From an uncultured Gammaproteobacteria bacterium (GTDB lineage Bacteria; Patescibacteriota; Microgenomatia; JAMCZE01), in contig CAZXMM010000001.1 of NCBI GenBank assembly GCA_964641255.1, forward strand, positions 873,890-937,889: a stretch of DNA of 64,000 nucleotides, in the 5' to 3' direction. Below the pieces are notes generated by a model. That model was not told where the DNA came from, did not search any database, and saw only the letters and a program-made list of their open reading frames with translations. The translations under genes and the position numbers were made by a program. Of this stretch, positions 55,493 through 64,000 are shown one piece after another; the first letter of the stretch is position 1, and every line of letters starts with the position of its first letter.

Positions 55493-56098
55493 TTTTGCCA
55501 AAATAGCTTCAATAGTCTGGTCAAGTTGTCCGTCCTCGTTATAGATAGCCAGTTTGGTAAACGCCTCTCTATTAGCTTCGAAATCTAGGCGTTCGGCCTG
55601 CAGTCTAGTCAGACTACCAGTGGCATTGGTTTGGTCTCTCCCCACAATTCGCTTTTCTAACTCTTTCCAATCGGCTACCGTAATATAAAAAACTGCGGTC
55701 CTGGCTAAGAGGCTGGCAGCCTCTTTTGAGTCTACACCATAATTTTTCCTGAAAGTGTCGGCAAGATTAAGAGCCGCCAGAGGATCAATGCGCCAGAGAA
55801 TATTGGTGGGACTAGTAAAAATCCTGGCTAGCTCGGCTTTACTCGTGCCATAATGGTTGCCATTAGTCCAAGAGTTGGTATTGGTTTCAGCAAACTGCCC
55901 CGCTTCTTCCAGGGCTACAAACTGATCTCCTGAGACAAAGTGATAATCCCGACCGTCTTGTTCTCCCTCTCGGGGCAGCCGAGAAGTATGAGTAATTATC
56001 CGGGGCCAACCATACAGCTCAGCTAGTTTATTAGCCACCGTGTCTTTGCCTGCCGCCACTGGGCCCGTTATCACGACTAGTTTTTTCTGTTTCCCCAT
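55481..56098 (-). CDS. gmk: guanylate kinase
   Basis: VITGPVAAGKDTV P-loop and TSRLPREGEQDGRDYHFVS matching TTR.pR.gE.dG.dY.FvS; start at internal MGKQKK. Confidence 0.65.
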   Translation of the reverse strand: MGKQKKLVVITGPVAAGKDTVANKLAELYGWPRIITHTSRLPREGEQDGRDYHFVSGDQFVALEEAGQFAETNTNSWTNGNHYGTSKAELARIFTSPTNILWRIDPLAALNLADTFRKNYGVDSKEAASLLARTAVFYITVADWKELEKRIVGRDQTNATGSLTRLQAERLDFEANREAFTKLAIYNEDGQLDQTIEAILAKLGS

Positions 56099-56179
56099 GC
56101 CCCATTTTAGCACCTTGAAGAGATTTTGCCGCTTGACTGGTTTTAACCTTTCTTTTAGACTGCTTTGACAAAATAACTC

Positions 56180-57199
56180 ATGGCCAAGCAAGCTAGTCCC
56201 AAAACCGCTATCATCACCGGCATCACCGGCCAAGACGGCTCCTATCTAGCCGAACTCTTACTAAAGAAGAACTATCAAGTGGTCGGATTACTGCGGAAAA
56301 CTTCCTATAACGAACCCAACAACATTGGCCATTTGCGCGGCAATGTTTCTCTAGTCTACGGCGATCTGCTCGATAGTGTGTCTCTAGTTGAAGCTCTAAA
56401 AAAGTACAAACCAGTGGAAGTGTATAACTTAGCTGCTCAGTCTGCGCCCGGCGAGTCGTGGCGAATGCCTATCCAGACTGGAGAAATCACTGCGCTGGGC
56501 GCGCACCGACTTTTTGAAGCCGTCCGTCAAGTTAACCCCCTGATTAAGATTTACCAGGCTTCATCGTCAGAAATGTTTGGAGCGGTGCTACAAATTCCCC
56601 AAACTGAAACCACCCCTTTTAATCCGGCTAACCCCTACGCCGCTTCCAAACTCTACGCCCATACAGTGGCAAAAATTTATCGCCACAGTTTTGGCATGTT
56701 TATTACCTGCGGCATTCTTTTTAACCACGAAAGCCCCCGGCGCGGCCTTGGCTTTGTGACGCAAAAAGTCGCTTATGGAGCCGCCTGCGCCAAGCTGGGA
56801 ATCAAAACCTCCACCGCTCTTAATGAAGAGGGAGAACCAATCGTTAGTCGGGGGAAGATTGCTCTAGGCAATCTGGAAGCCAAACGCGACTGGGGCTTTG
56901 CCGGAGACTATGTCGAGGCGATGAAACTGATGATGGAACAAAAAACCCCCGGCGACTTTGTCATCGGCACCGGAGTTACCCACACAATCGGCGATCTTTG
57001 CCAAGCGGCTTTTAACTACGTGGGGCTTAACTACCAGAAATACGTTTTTACCGACCCCCGCTTCGTCCGGCCTATGGAAACCGGACCCCTAGTAGCTAAC
57101 CCCGCTCACGCCAAAGCGGTCCTTGGCTGGCAGCCAAAGACCTCTTTTGACGAGCTGGTGGCGATGATGGTGGACGCCCACCTAGCCAGGCTCAAATAG
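56180..57199 (+). CDS. gmd: GDP-mannose 4,6-dehydratase
   Basis: ITGITGQDGSYLAELLLKKNYQVVGLLRKTSYNEPNNIGHL, SDR extended fold, YxxxK. Confidence 0.85.
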   Translation: MAKQASPKTAIITGITGQDGSYLAELLLKKNYQVVGLLRKTSYNEPNNIGHLRGNVSLVYGDLLDSVSLVEALKKYKPVEVYNLAAQSAPGESWRMPIQTGEITALGAHRLFEAVRQVNPLIKIYQASSSEMFGAVLQIPQTETTPFNPANPYAASKLYAHTVAKIYRHSFGMFITCGILFNHESPRRGLGFVTQKVAYGAACAKLGIKTSTALNEEGEPIVSRGKIALGNLEAKRDWGFAGDYVEAMKLMMEQKTPGDFVIGTGVTHTIGDLCQAAFNYVGLNYQKYVFTDPRFVRPMETGPLVANPAHAKAVLGWQPKTSFDELVAMMVDAHLARLK

Positions 57200-57596
57200 T
57201 ACTTTGCCAAAGCCTGGCAAAGACCAGACGAAAGTGGGCTACCAACTCTGGATCAGTAACCAGTATCGCCGATGGGCTTTTAGGATTAAATGAGGCCAGT
57301 AGAACCTGCTTCTCTCCTACCACCAGGTCGCTCTCGGACTGACCACTTAAAAAGTGGACTTGGTTCTTGCCGCTTTTAGCCTGAGCATACTGCCGGTTTT
57401 CTTTGGTATCAGGTAGTATCTCCCGAGTAGCTAACTGATAGAGTTTGGGGGCATACTCTCGATCAAAATAGTCACCCATCACCAAGCTATAGTGCTTGGC
57501 CAAGCAAACAATATCGAGGGCTGTCTCGCCAAGCATCGCTTCGTAACCCGCTTTGATGCCTGCCACCCCAGGCAGTAGTGTTATTAATTGAGTCAT
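57192..57596 (-). CDS. hypothetical protein (134 aa)
   Basis: ORF only. Confidence 0.3.
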   Translation of the reverse strand: MTQLITLLPGVAGIKAGYEAMLGETALDIVCLAKHYSLVMGDYFDREYAPKLYQLATREILPDTKENRQYAQAKSGKNQVHFLSGQSESDLVVGEKQVLLASFNPKSPSAILVTDPELVAHFRLVFARLWQSTI

Positions 57597-57700
57597 ATTA
57601 TTTTATCACCCCCTTTTCGTCCTTGAATTGGACAATTAATCTATGAGATGATAGTTTCGATCCTGTTATTTGGTCAAATTGACGTCCAAAAGGTGGACAT

Positions 57701-58513
57701 ATGACACAAAATGTTTTAACCGCCTTTCTCCGTGAGCTCGGACTGTCGCCCGAGGAGATAACTCTCTACCTCGCTCTTAAAGACAGCGGAGCCAGTAGTA
57801 CGGTCGGTCTGGCTAGACAAACCACCATTGCTCGAACGACCATTTACCGCTTGCTCGACCACTTAGTCGGCATGGGGCTAGTGGAAGAAATGGTGGTGGA
57901 GAAAAAATCAGTCTTTCAGATCACCCCACCAGAAAAAATTCTGGCCCTAATCAAGCACCAAAAAGAACGCTTTGTAAATCTTGAAAGTGACTTCTCAACA
58001 ATTGCCAAACTACTGTCTCAAGGAGAAGCAGAACTGGCCCCAGGAACCCAGGTTCGCTATTTCCGCGGCCCGGCGGGCATCGAGCAAATGGAATGGAATA
58101 GTTTTAACGCCAGCGAGCTCTGCAGCTATTTTTTCTTGACCTACGATGAAATTTTTGGCAAAACGAAGGCCCAAGAGTTACGAGAGGAAATTGTTCTTCG
58201 CGGGCAGCGAATTAGAAGCCTGCTCTCAGACGACGACCGCTACTTAAATAAGAAAACCCTAGACTTTATTAAAAAAAGTCCGCTTTTCAAGCCGTTCGAA
58301 TTTCGCTATTTACCGGCAGGGCAGGTCAAAATTTCCCAAACAATGTATATCTATGACAACACCGTCGCGATGTATAACTGGTACCGGGGAGAAATCGCCG
58401 GAGTAGAAATCCATAATGGCACTTTCGCTCAGCTCCAAAGACAGATTTTTAATTTGCTTTGGGATCAGGCCAAAACCCCAGATCAAGTCCTAGCTTCGAG
58501 AGAGAAGAACTAA
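57701..58513 (+). CDS. TrmB-family transcriptional regulator
   Basis: N-terminal wHTH LSPEEITLYLALKDSGASSTVGLARQTTIARTTIYRLLDHLVGMGLV. Confidence 0.55.
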   Translation: MTQNVLTAFLRELGLSPEEITLYLALKDSGASSTVGLARQTTIARTTIYRLLDHLVGMGLVEEMVVEKKSVFQITPPEKILALIKHQKERFVNLESDFSTIAKLLSQGEAELAPGTQVRYFRGPAGIEQMEWNSFNASELCSYFFLTYDEIFGKTKAQELREEIVLRGQRIRSLLSDDDRYLNKKTLDFIKKSPLFKPFEFRYLPAGQVKISQTMYIYDNTVAMYNWYRGEIAGVEIHNGTFAQLQRQIFNLLWDQAKTPDQVLASREKN

Positions 58514-59204
58514 TTTTCCAAACCACTGGAACCATCTACCAATTTTATCGAGGCTAAAATCTCATTATAAAGACTCAGAAACTCTGGCCGCCTGACTGAC
58601 GGTATCTGGAGTTCAACTGCAATCGGAGTATCACCCGCCACCGCTGCCGGCATTAGGTAGCTCTTGGGTTGGGACCAGGGCACATCTTCGGGTAATATGA
58701 AACGCCTTTCATTATTATCAGGATCAAGTTTGGGTGTGAGCGGCTGAGCGTCACTAGTGTTAATGGACCAACGACCATAATAAGGAGGGGCTACTTTTAA
58801 GAAATATTTCTTCTCATTGAGATAGAAATGAGCTCCCGGGACTCGTCATAACACCACTGTTTGGGAATCCTAATGTGGACTACCGTGCGATTACTAGCCA
58901 GTGGGCCAACTACAAGAAAAATCGCCAGTTCCTGGCTTTTTTCCCACTGCAGCGCTTGCTCAGTAGTGAAATTGCAATTTTTGGTGCCGGCCAACTCTTG
59001 CTCCAAGGCCATTAGTCGACCTTCAAGAAGATCACTGCGATCATTTTGAATTGTGACCAGGTTTCTGGCTCCTTGGAGCTCGGCGAAAATGGTCTGAGTT
59101 TGACCATAGAAATAGTAGGCCGTAGCAGCAATAACCACCAGGAGAAAAAATAAGCTCCCGAGTAAGAGCTTAAAGTAGAGCTGGGAGTCAATTTTAAGCT
59201 TCAT
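58514..59204 (-). pseudogene. membrane-anchored coiled-coil protein apparently split by a frameshift (135-aa ORF 58797..59204 continues about 110 codons in another frame to about 58515)
   Basis: Open frame without stops ...RVPGAHFYLNEKKYFLKVAPPYYGRWSINTSDAQPLTPKLDPDNNERRF...LVDGSSGLEN directly downstream of the ORF stop, offset by one nucleotide. Confidence 0.35.
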
Positions 59205-60517
59205 TAGGACTTCTTCTTACCAATAATGACCTCGATTTTGTTATCACTACCCGACTGGGTTTCCACTTCGACCACTTCGTAAGTCTGGGAAATAGTTTCC
59301 TTTAGTCTGTTAATAATCTGCTCAGGAACGCCACTGGTGACCAGAAGTTTGGTCGTTACAAAGGCGGAATTGCTAGCATTTTTAGTTTCCACAATATTAA
59401 AACCCTCGGCCTTAAGAGTCTCTGCTAACCTCCCCGCTTCACCAGTCACCCGGGTGCCGTTAAGAACGGTAACTGAAAAATCTCCCGGTTTGGGCTCAGG
59501 AGCTACCGGTTTAGCCACTGGCTCAACAGTCTTTTTAACCACAGTTTGACTAGTGGAGGTAGTCGTTTGGCCACTAAAGGTTTTAATGAGGATAAAAACT
59601 AAGCCAAAACCCAACAACAGAGCTCCCACCAGCAGAAAAATCTTCTGGAGTGGTAGTGCTTTAGCAGTAAAGTTAAATTTGGGGAAACTAACCCCCAGTA
59701 GTAGGCTATGCAGCCCACCCCGACTGGATAAACTAAGAGCGGCGTTGGTCAATAGGTCGTAAATATCACTTTGTCCGAGGTGCTCAATAGTGACTCCCCG
59801 TTCTGTACGAATTTTGGCTAAAATTGCTTCATCGATGATTCCAAGGGTAAAAGCTCGTTTGACTTCAAAAAGATTGTGGGTCGCGATAAATTCGCCAAAC
59901 CGGCCGGCAAAAACGTCTTTAGGATAGTGCGCCACCTCAGTGATACCACCATTGGTAACCGCTGCCACCGTAATGTCTTTCTCTGAAGGAACCAACAAAA
60001 AATACTGACCAGTTTGAGCAAAAGCCTCAGCAGCGATATTAATACTACTAACTACCGCGGTGATCTTTTTCCCGGCCGTAAGGAAAGGCCGCTCAAAATC
60101 TTCAACCAACCGCCGCTCAAAAGCCACATAGGTGATATCTGAAGTTGGTTTCTTTTCCTTAATTTTGATTTCGTCTGGGAAAATCAGCAGTTCTTCCTTA
60201 AAGTAAGGCAGCGACCGAATAAACGATTCGACTGAGTCAGTGGCGGGGATAGTTTTGGTAAAGGTTTTATCGGGGGGCACAAATAGTAGTACCTCACTGG
60301 CTTCATTAAGTGGTGGTTTCTGGGCAAAGGCAATACCAATTTGGGCAGCAAATTTGGGCGGATCAGCAATAAAAGCGTCACGCAACACTGCTTCCGTAAA
60401 ACTGATTTGCCCGGCAAACACCCGCTCCACTTTTTTGCCACTCCGGCGGTAGACCACTAATTTAGTGTTGTCCTTTTCTAAAAAGACTGCCAGAAGCGAA
60501 CTGGGAATACGGGCCAT
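59204..60517 (-). CDS. membrane protein with PilM/FtsA-like N-terminal domain, one TM helix and C-terminal LytR_C domain
   Basis: C-terminus FSVTVLNGTRVTGEAGRLAETLKAEGFNIV matches LytR_C; N-half actin-like fold suspected only. Confidence 0.4.
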   Translation of the reverse strand: MARIPSSLLAVFLEKDNTKLVVYRRSGKKVERVFAGQISFTEAVLRDAFIADPPKFAAQIGIAFAQKPPLNEASEVLLFVPPDKTFTKTIPATDSVESFIRSLPYFKEELLIFPDEIKIKEKKPTSDITYVAFERRLVEDFERPFLTAGKKITAVVSSINIAAEAFAQTGQYFLLVPSEKDITVAAVTNGGITEVAHYPKDVFAGRFGEFIATHNLFEVKRAFTLGIIDEAILAKIRTERGVTIEHLGQSDIYDLLTNAALSLSSRGGLHSLLLGVSFPKFNFTAKALPLQKIFLLVGALLLGFGLVFILIKTFSGQTTTSTSQTVVKKTVEPVAKPVAPEPKPGDFSVTVLNGTRVTGEAGRLAETLKAEGFNIVETKNASNSAFVTTKLLVTSGVPEQIINRLKETISQTYEVVEVETQSGSDNKIEVIIGKKKS

Positions 60518-60526
60518 AACTGTAGT

Positions 60527-61147
60527 CTAACAAATTATTCCCCGAACGAAAAGAGGCCGGTGCCACCGGCTGACTCCTAAAACCGCTAAAGCCTCGAGGT
60601 GCTTTTTTGTTCCATAGCCCTTGTTGTTAGCCCATTCATAATCAGGAAATCGCTCGTGAAGCTTAACCATAAGCTCATCCCGATAGACTTTAGCTATAAT
60701 TGACGCGGCGGCAATTGATAAGGACTGCTCATCTCCCTTAATGATCGCAAGTTGGTTTTTTAACCCAACACCCCTCGTGTACTTTAAAGGAAAGGCGTCA
60801 ATGAGCAGAAATTTCCCCTCGCCCCTAATACAGCTCACGGCCTGACGCATCGCCCGTTCGGTGGCTCTGACTATCCCGACTCTATTAATAGTAGCCACAT
60901 CCACCACTCCGATCCCCCACCCCAATGCCTGTTCTCGAATAAGATTATCTAGCTGCACCCTCTTCAGGGCTGACAATTTCTTGGAGTCATTAATACCCAA
61001 CCCTGCCCAATCTAGCCTGCGCCCAAGATATACAGCCCCAGCCACTACCGGACCGGCCAGTGCCCCCCTACCAACCTCGTCCACCCCGATAATTCTAAAC
61101 CTAGGATCCAGTGTCGCTTCGAAACCAAAATGTGGGGCGGCTGTCAT
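60527..61147 (-). CDS. rnhB: ribonuclease HII
   Basis: IIGVDEVGRGALAGPVVAGAV and catalytic DSK motif. Confidence 0.8.
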   Translation of the reverse strand: MTAAPHFGFEATLDPRFRIIGVDEVGRGALAGPVVAGAVYLGRRLDWAGLGINDSKKLSALKRVQLDNLIREQALGWGIGVVDVATINRVGIVRATERAMRQAVSCIRGEGKFLLIDAFPLKYTRGVGLKNQLAIIKGDEQSLSIAAASIIAKVYRDELMVKLHERFPDYEWANNKGYGTKKHLEALAVLGVSRWHRPLFVRGIIC

Positions 61148-61238
61148 CTTGCTATTTTAGCAAAGAACGACTATACTCCCCTTGACAGTCGCTAAGAAGA
61201 CTGTTTTTTATTGGCAGTAAGAGTAGAATTATAGTTGT

Positions 61239-61469
61239 ATGGCAATTGGCGATAATTTCACTGTAACCAGACCAGATTTTGGCAACAATCCATTAACTTT
61301 TTTCAAAGAAGCAGTGGCCGAGCTTAGGAAAGTCACTTGGCCCAAAAGAGATGAAATCATTAAACTTACTGCCGTAGTGATTGCCGTGAGCGCTCTAGTA
61401 GGAATTTATTTAGGGGGACTGGATTTTGTCTTTGCCAAAATAATTGAAATCATTTTAACTAGTAACTAA
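61239..61469 (+). CDS. secE: preprotein translocase subunit SecE
   Basis: KVTWPKRDEIIKLTAVVIAVSALVGIYLGGLDF single TM; precedes nusG. Confidence 0.7.
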   Translation: MAIGDNFTVTRPDFGNNPLTFFKEAVAELRKVTWPKRDEIIKLTAVVIAVSALVGIYLGGLDFVFAKIIEIILTSN

Positions 61470-61473
61470 CCCT

Positions 61474-62121
61474 ATGAACGACGATCAAGCCAACAATATC
61501 AAACCCATCCTTGATGAGGATGAAGTGGTGGCTATCCCAACAGCACCAGAAGTAGCAGCTCCCGTAAATGACATTACACCCGCTGCCGAAGTCCCGAGTA
61601 ATGCTAAGTGGTACGTGCTCCACACATACTCAGGTCATGAGAACAAAGTGGCCGCGGCTATCAAACAGAGAATTGAGGCCATGAAGATTACCGGCCGCGT
61701 CTTTGACGTGTTAGTCCCTACTCGCGAAACCGTGGTCGTTAAAAGAGGAAAAAAGGAAGAGATCAAGGAAAAAATCTTCCCGGGCTATATTCTCATTCGC
61801 ATGATTGTCGATGATGACTCCTGGCTCGTGGTCCGAACCACACCGGGAGTGACCGCCTTCGTGGGCATTGGCAACCGCCCAACCCCCTTGTCTGACAAAG
61901 AAGTTAACGCTATCTTGAAGTTCTCAGAACTAGCCGCTCCCAAATTTAAAGCTACTTTCACCGCCGGGGAAGCCGTTAAGATTGTGGATGGTCCGTTTGC
62001 TGACTTCCTAGGGGCAGTCGAGTCAATTGATGATGCCAAGGGCAAAGTCAAAGTCCTAGTCTCGATCTTCGGCCGAGAAACTCCCGTGGAACTAGATTTC
62101 TTACAAGTATCAAAGCTGTAA
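61474..62121 (+). CDS. nusG: transcription termination/antitermination factor NusG
   Basis: KWYVLHTYSGHENKV NGN domain and C-terminal KOW (GEAVKIVDGPFADFLGAVESI). Confidence 0.85.
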   Translation: MNDDQANNIKPILDEDEVVAIPTAPEVAAPVNDITPAAEVPSNAKWYVLHTYSGHENKVAAAIKQRIEAMKITGRVFDVLVPTRETVVVKRGKKEEIKEKIFPGYILIRMIVDDDSWLVVRTTPGVTAFVGIGNRPTPLSDKEVNAILKFSELAAPKFKATFTAGEAVKIVDGPFADFLGAVESIDDAKGKVKVLVSIFGRETPVELDFLQVSKL

Positions 62122-62139
62122 TTTGTCATTGTCTGTCAT

Positions 62140-62667
62140 ATGAGTAATGATGCCGAGAGAAGAGTCCAGCAATGGGGCGCAGAACTAGCACTAGATAAGA
62201 CCACAAGAGAAATAGAACGGGTGGTACAGAATTACCTCAAAACGGATGACCTACGACTACAGCCTGATTTTGATGAGTATGTAACCATAACCCAGAGCAA
62301 TATCCTCGAACTCTTCAATGGTTTAACTGAGTCCACTGTTAAGAAACTACTAGATCAAGTTCTTGGGGACCAACCCGTACCTAAGGGGTGTGCAGATTTC
62401 GATAAATTTATGGCAACACGGTTTGCTAATATTGACCCACGACTGAACTTTCAAGTCAAGGTCAAAACACATCTTACACGAGCCGCACTAACCTTAGTCC
62501 ACATTGAAAAAACCTGTAGGAATGACGTCCCTATGATGCACCACCCCGCTAGCTATGCTCAATTGGTAGGCTCAACTTATTATTTAGTCGCGGCCAAAGA
62601 ATTGAGTAGGACACTATCCCCTAACGCTCCCCAGACTCTTAATGACGATCACTGGTTTACCCCATAG
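62140..62667 (+). CDS. hypothetical protein inserted between nusG and rplK
   Basis: ORF only, 175 aa, no recognized motif. Confidence 0.35.
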   Translation: MSNDAERRVQQWGAELALDKTTREIERVVQNYLKTDDLRLQPDFDEYVTITQSNILELFNGLTESTVKKLLDQVLGDQPVPKGCADFDKFMATRFANIDPRLNFQVKVKTHLTRAALTLVHIEKTCRNDVPMMHHPASYAQLVGSTYYLVAAKELSRTLSPNAPQTLNDDHWFTP

Positions 62668-62816
62668 AGTCTCGTACACACTTTGACAATTGTATTCTTT
62701 ACTTTTTTTCGTACTAACTCTATAATCTCTCTACCAGTTACGCTGGGAGGCTAAAGCCGAATATAACTTCTCTACCCCCCGGGTAGTTTTGTCTTCGGCT
62801 GACCCTAAAAACCCAT

Positions 62817-63245
62817 ATGGCCAAGAAAGTTAAAACACTCATTAAGCTCAACCTTCCGGCTGGCGAAGCCACCCCAGCTCAACCCGTTGGTCCCGCCTTG
62901 GGTCAGCACGGTCTTAACATCATGGAGTTTGTTAAGGCTTACAATGAAAAGACCGCTTCGCAAAAAGGTCAGACCATCCCCGCTGTGATTACTGTCTATG
63001 ACGACCGCACTTTTACTTTCATCACTAAAATTGCCCCCGTATCCGCACTCATTAAGACGGAACTAAAACTTGAGTTAGCCTCCCACAAACCCGGCCGAGA
63101 GGTAGCGGGACAACTAACTAGGGCTCAAGTTAAAAAAATTGCCGAAACTAAAATGGAGGATTTAAATGCTAACGGCAATATTGAAGCCGCCATGCGAATC
63201 GTCGAAGGAACAGCGAGATCGATGGGTATTAAGATTATCGATTAA
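62817..63245 (+). CDS. rplK: 50S ribosomal protein L11
   Basis: [43 protein letters not shown]. Confidence 0.9.
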   Translation: MAKKVKTLIKLNLPAGEATPAQPVGPALGQHGLNIMEFVKAYNEKTASQKGQTIPAVITVYDDRTFTFITKIAPVSALIKTELKLELASHKPGREVAGQLTRAQVKKIAETKMEDLNANGNIEAAMRIVEGTARSMGIKIID

Positions 63246-63290
63246 ATTGATTTGGATCTTGTTTCTTAGATTTTAGTTATTTGAGTCAGT

Positions 63291-64000
63291 ATGGGTAAAG
63301 TAAAAACCGTAGTCATGGGAGATGAAGTCGCCGAGGCCGCAGCCAGAGAAAAGGCCAAAGCTAAGAACGTGGCCAAAAAGGCAGAAAAAAAAGCTAAAGA
63401 ACAACCACAACCCGAACCAGTCGAGGCCACTCTAGACACTCCTCAAGCCAAAAAACCAGTGGTCAAAAAAGCCACCCACACGGGACGTTATAATTTTGCT
63501 CCTGGTAAGAAATACACTCAGGCTAGTAGTTTAGTGGACAAAAACCACCTCTACTCCTTAAGTGAAGCGGTGACGCTAGTCCAAAAAACTTCCTATTCCC
63601 GCTTTGATGGTTCAGTCGAACTCCACGTCAATGTGCTGGATAAGGGAATCAGGGGCATTGTCTCCCTGCCTCACGGTACTGGTAAAACAGTGAGGGTTAA
63701 AATCGCTGATGATGAATTACTCACTAATTTGGCTGCCGGCGGCAAAATTGACTTTGATATATTGGTAGCTAGTCCCGAGATGATGCCCAAACTAGCTAAA
63801 GTAGCTAAGATTTTAGGACCCAAAGGACTCATGCCTAGCCCCAAAACTGGCACCATTGGACCCGACCCCAAAAAACTAGCTAGCGAACTGTCCCAGGGGC
63901 AACTCCAGTGGAAAACTGAAGCTCAAACACCAATCATTCATTTGACTCTGGGCAAAGTTAGCTTTGATAGTAAACAATTGGAAGAAAATCTCGAGGCTAC
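63291..64000 (+). CDS. rplA: 50S ribosomal protein L1 (5-prime partial in window; Lys/Ala-rich N-terminal extension)
   Basis: Open frame from ATG 63291 to window end: ...RGIVSLPHGTGKTVRVKI...PEMMPKLAKVAKILGPKGLMPSPKTGTIG L1 motifs. Confidence 0.8.
   Translation, partial: MGKVKTVVMGDEVAEAAAREKAKAKNVAKKAEKKAKEQPQPEPVEATLDTPQAKKPVVKKATHTGRYNFAPGKKYTQASSLVDKNHLYSLSEAVTLVQKTSYSRFDGSVELHVNVLDKGIRGIVSLPHGTGKTVRVKIADDELLTNLAAGGKIDFDILVASPEMMPKLAKVAKILGPKGLMPSPKTGTIGPDPKKLASELSQGQLQWKTEAQTPIIHLTLGKVSFDSKQLEENLEA

Noticed and set aside
55481-56233. Full 250-aa ORF as the guanylate kinase model
   Set aside because: The N-terminal 45 aa has no similarity to Gmk, and the P-loop begins right after an internal Met (MGKQKKLVVITGP). 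The shorter model 55481..56098 was used.

Overview
This 64 kb window is a densely packed bacterial chromosomal segment with short intergenic gaps, many 4-bp start/stop overlaps, and small forms of core genes (a 158-aa EF-Ts). It also carries many TPR/GT-C/O-antigen-ligase-like membrane proteins and a large FG-GAP surface protein. That content is compatible with a reduced-genome lineage such as Patescibacteria/CPR, but this is an inference from gene content only. I did not compute GC content or skew; the composition statements below are visual impressions of the sequence.

Positions 1-37.6 kb are core housekeeping genes:
- frr-tsf-rpsB
- folD and glyA
- a contiguous pyrimidine-deoxynucleotide operon: tmk, YfbR-like HD nucleotidase, a long ThyX-like protein, dcd, pyrG
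- topA-dprA and mrdA-mreDCB
- a def-fmt pair split by a minimal class III cyclase-like gene
- rpmB, rpmG, murF and four tRNAs

The most unusual structure starts at tRNA-Trp (37635-37705). The 3-prime end of the tRNA plus about 25 bp of its flank recurs as a diverged repeat about every 0.5-1.7 kb until about 46.25 kb. The repeats are 45-150 bp with a core like RTAAAAAGTTCGAATMTCYTCTGCCCAGGGCTGC. Ten repeats and one partial copy delimit nine small cassettes of one to three genes:
- a DUF218 protein
- an ABC-F ATPase
- three GNAT acetyltransferases, two of them a duplicated cassette
- an AbiEii-like nucleotidyltransferase plus a GT2 glycosyltransferase
- a Fic protein
- a DinJ-RelE toxin-antitoxin pair
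- a membrane protein

This looks like an integron-like or tandem-att cassette array anchored on a tRNA gene, but without canonical attC cores and with no integrase in the window.

A further accessory-looking stretch (46.2-49.9 kb) carries small hydrolases and membrane proteins, a cupin, and an hsp20 gene behind a near-perfect CIRCE operator. Core genes then resume to the end of the window: sodA, gmk, gmd, a TrmB regulator, rnhB, secE-nusG-rplK-rplA.

Other oddities:
- a weakly LAGLIDADG-like ORF (37101-37649) runs into the 5-prime end of tRNA-Trp
- 59-bp direct repeats flank a 2-gene O-antigen-ligase module
- a probable frameshifted gene lies at 58.5-59.2 kb
- an unannotated 280-bp structured region lies upstream of tRNA-Thr
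- an extra gene sits between nusG and rplK
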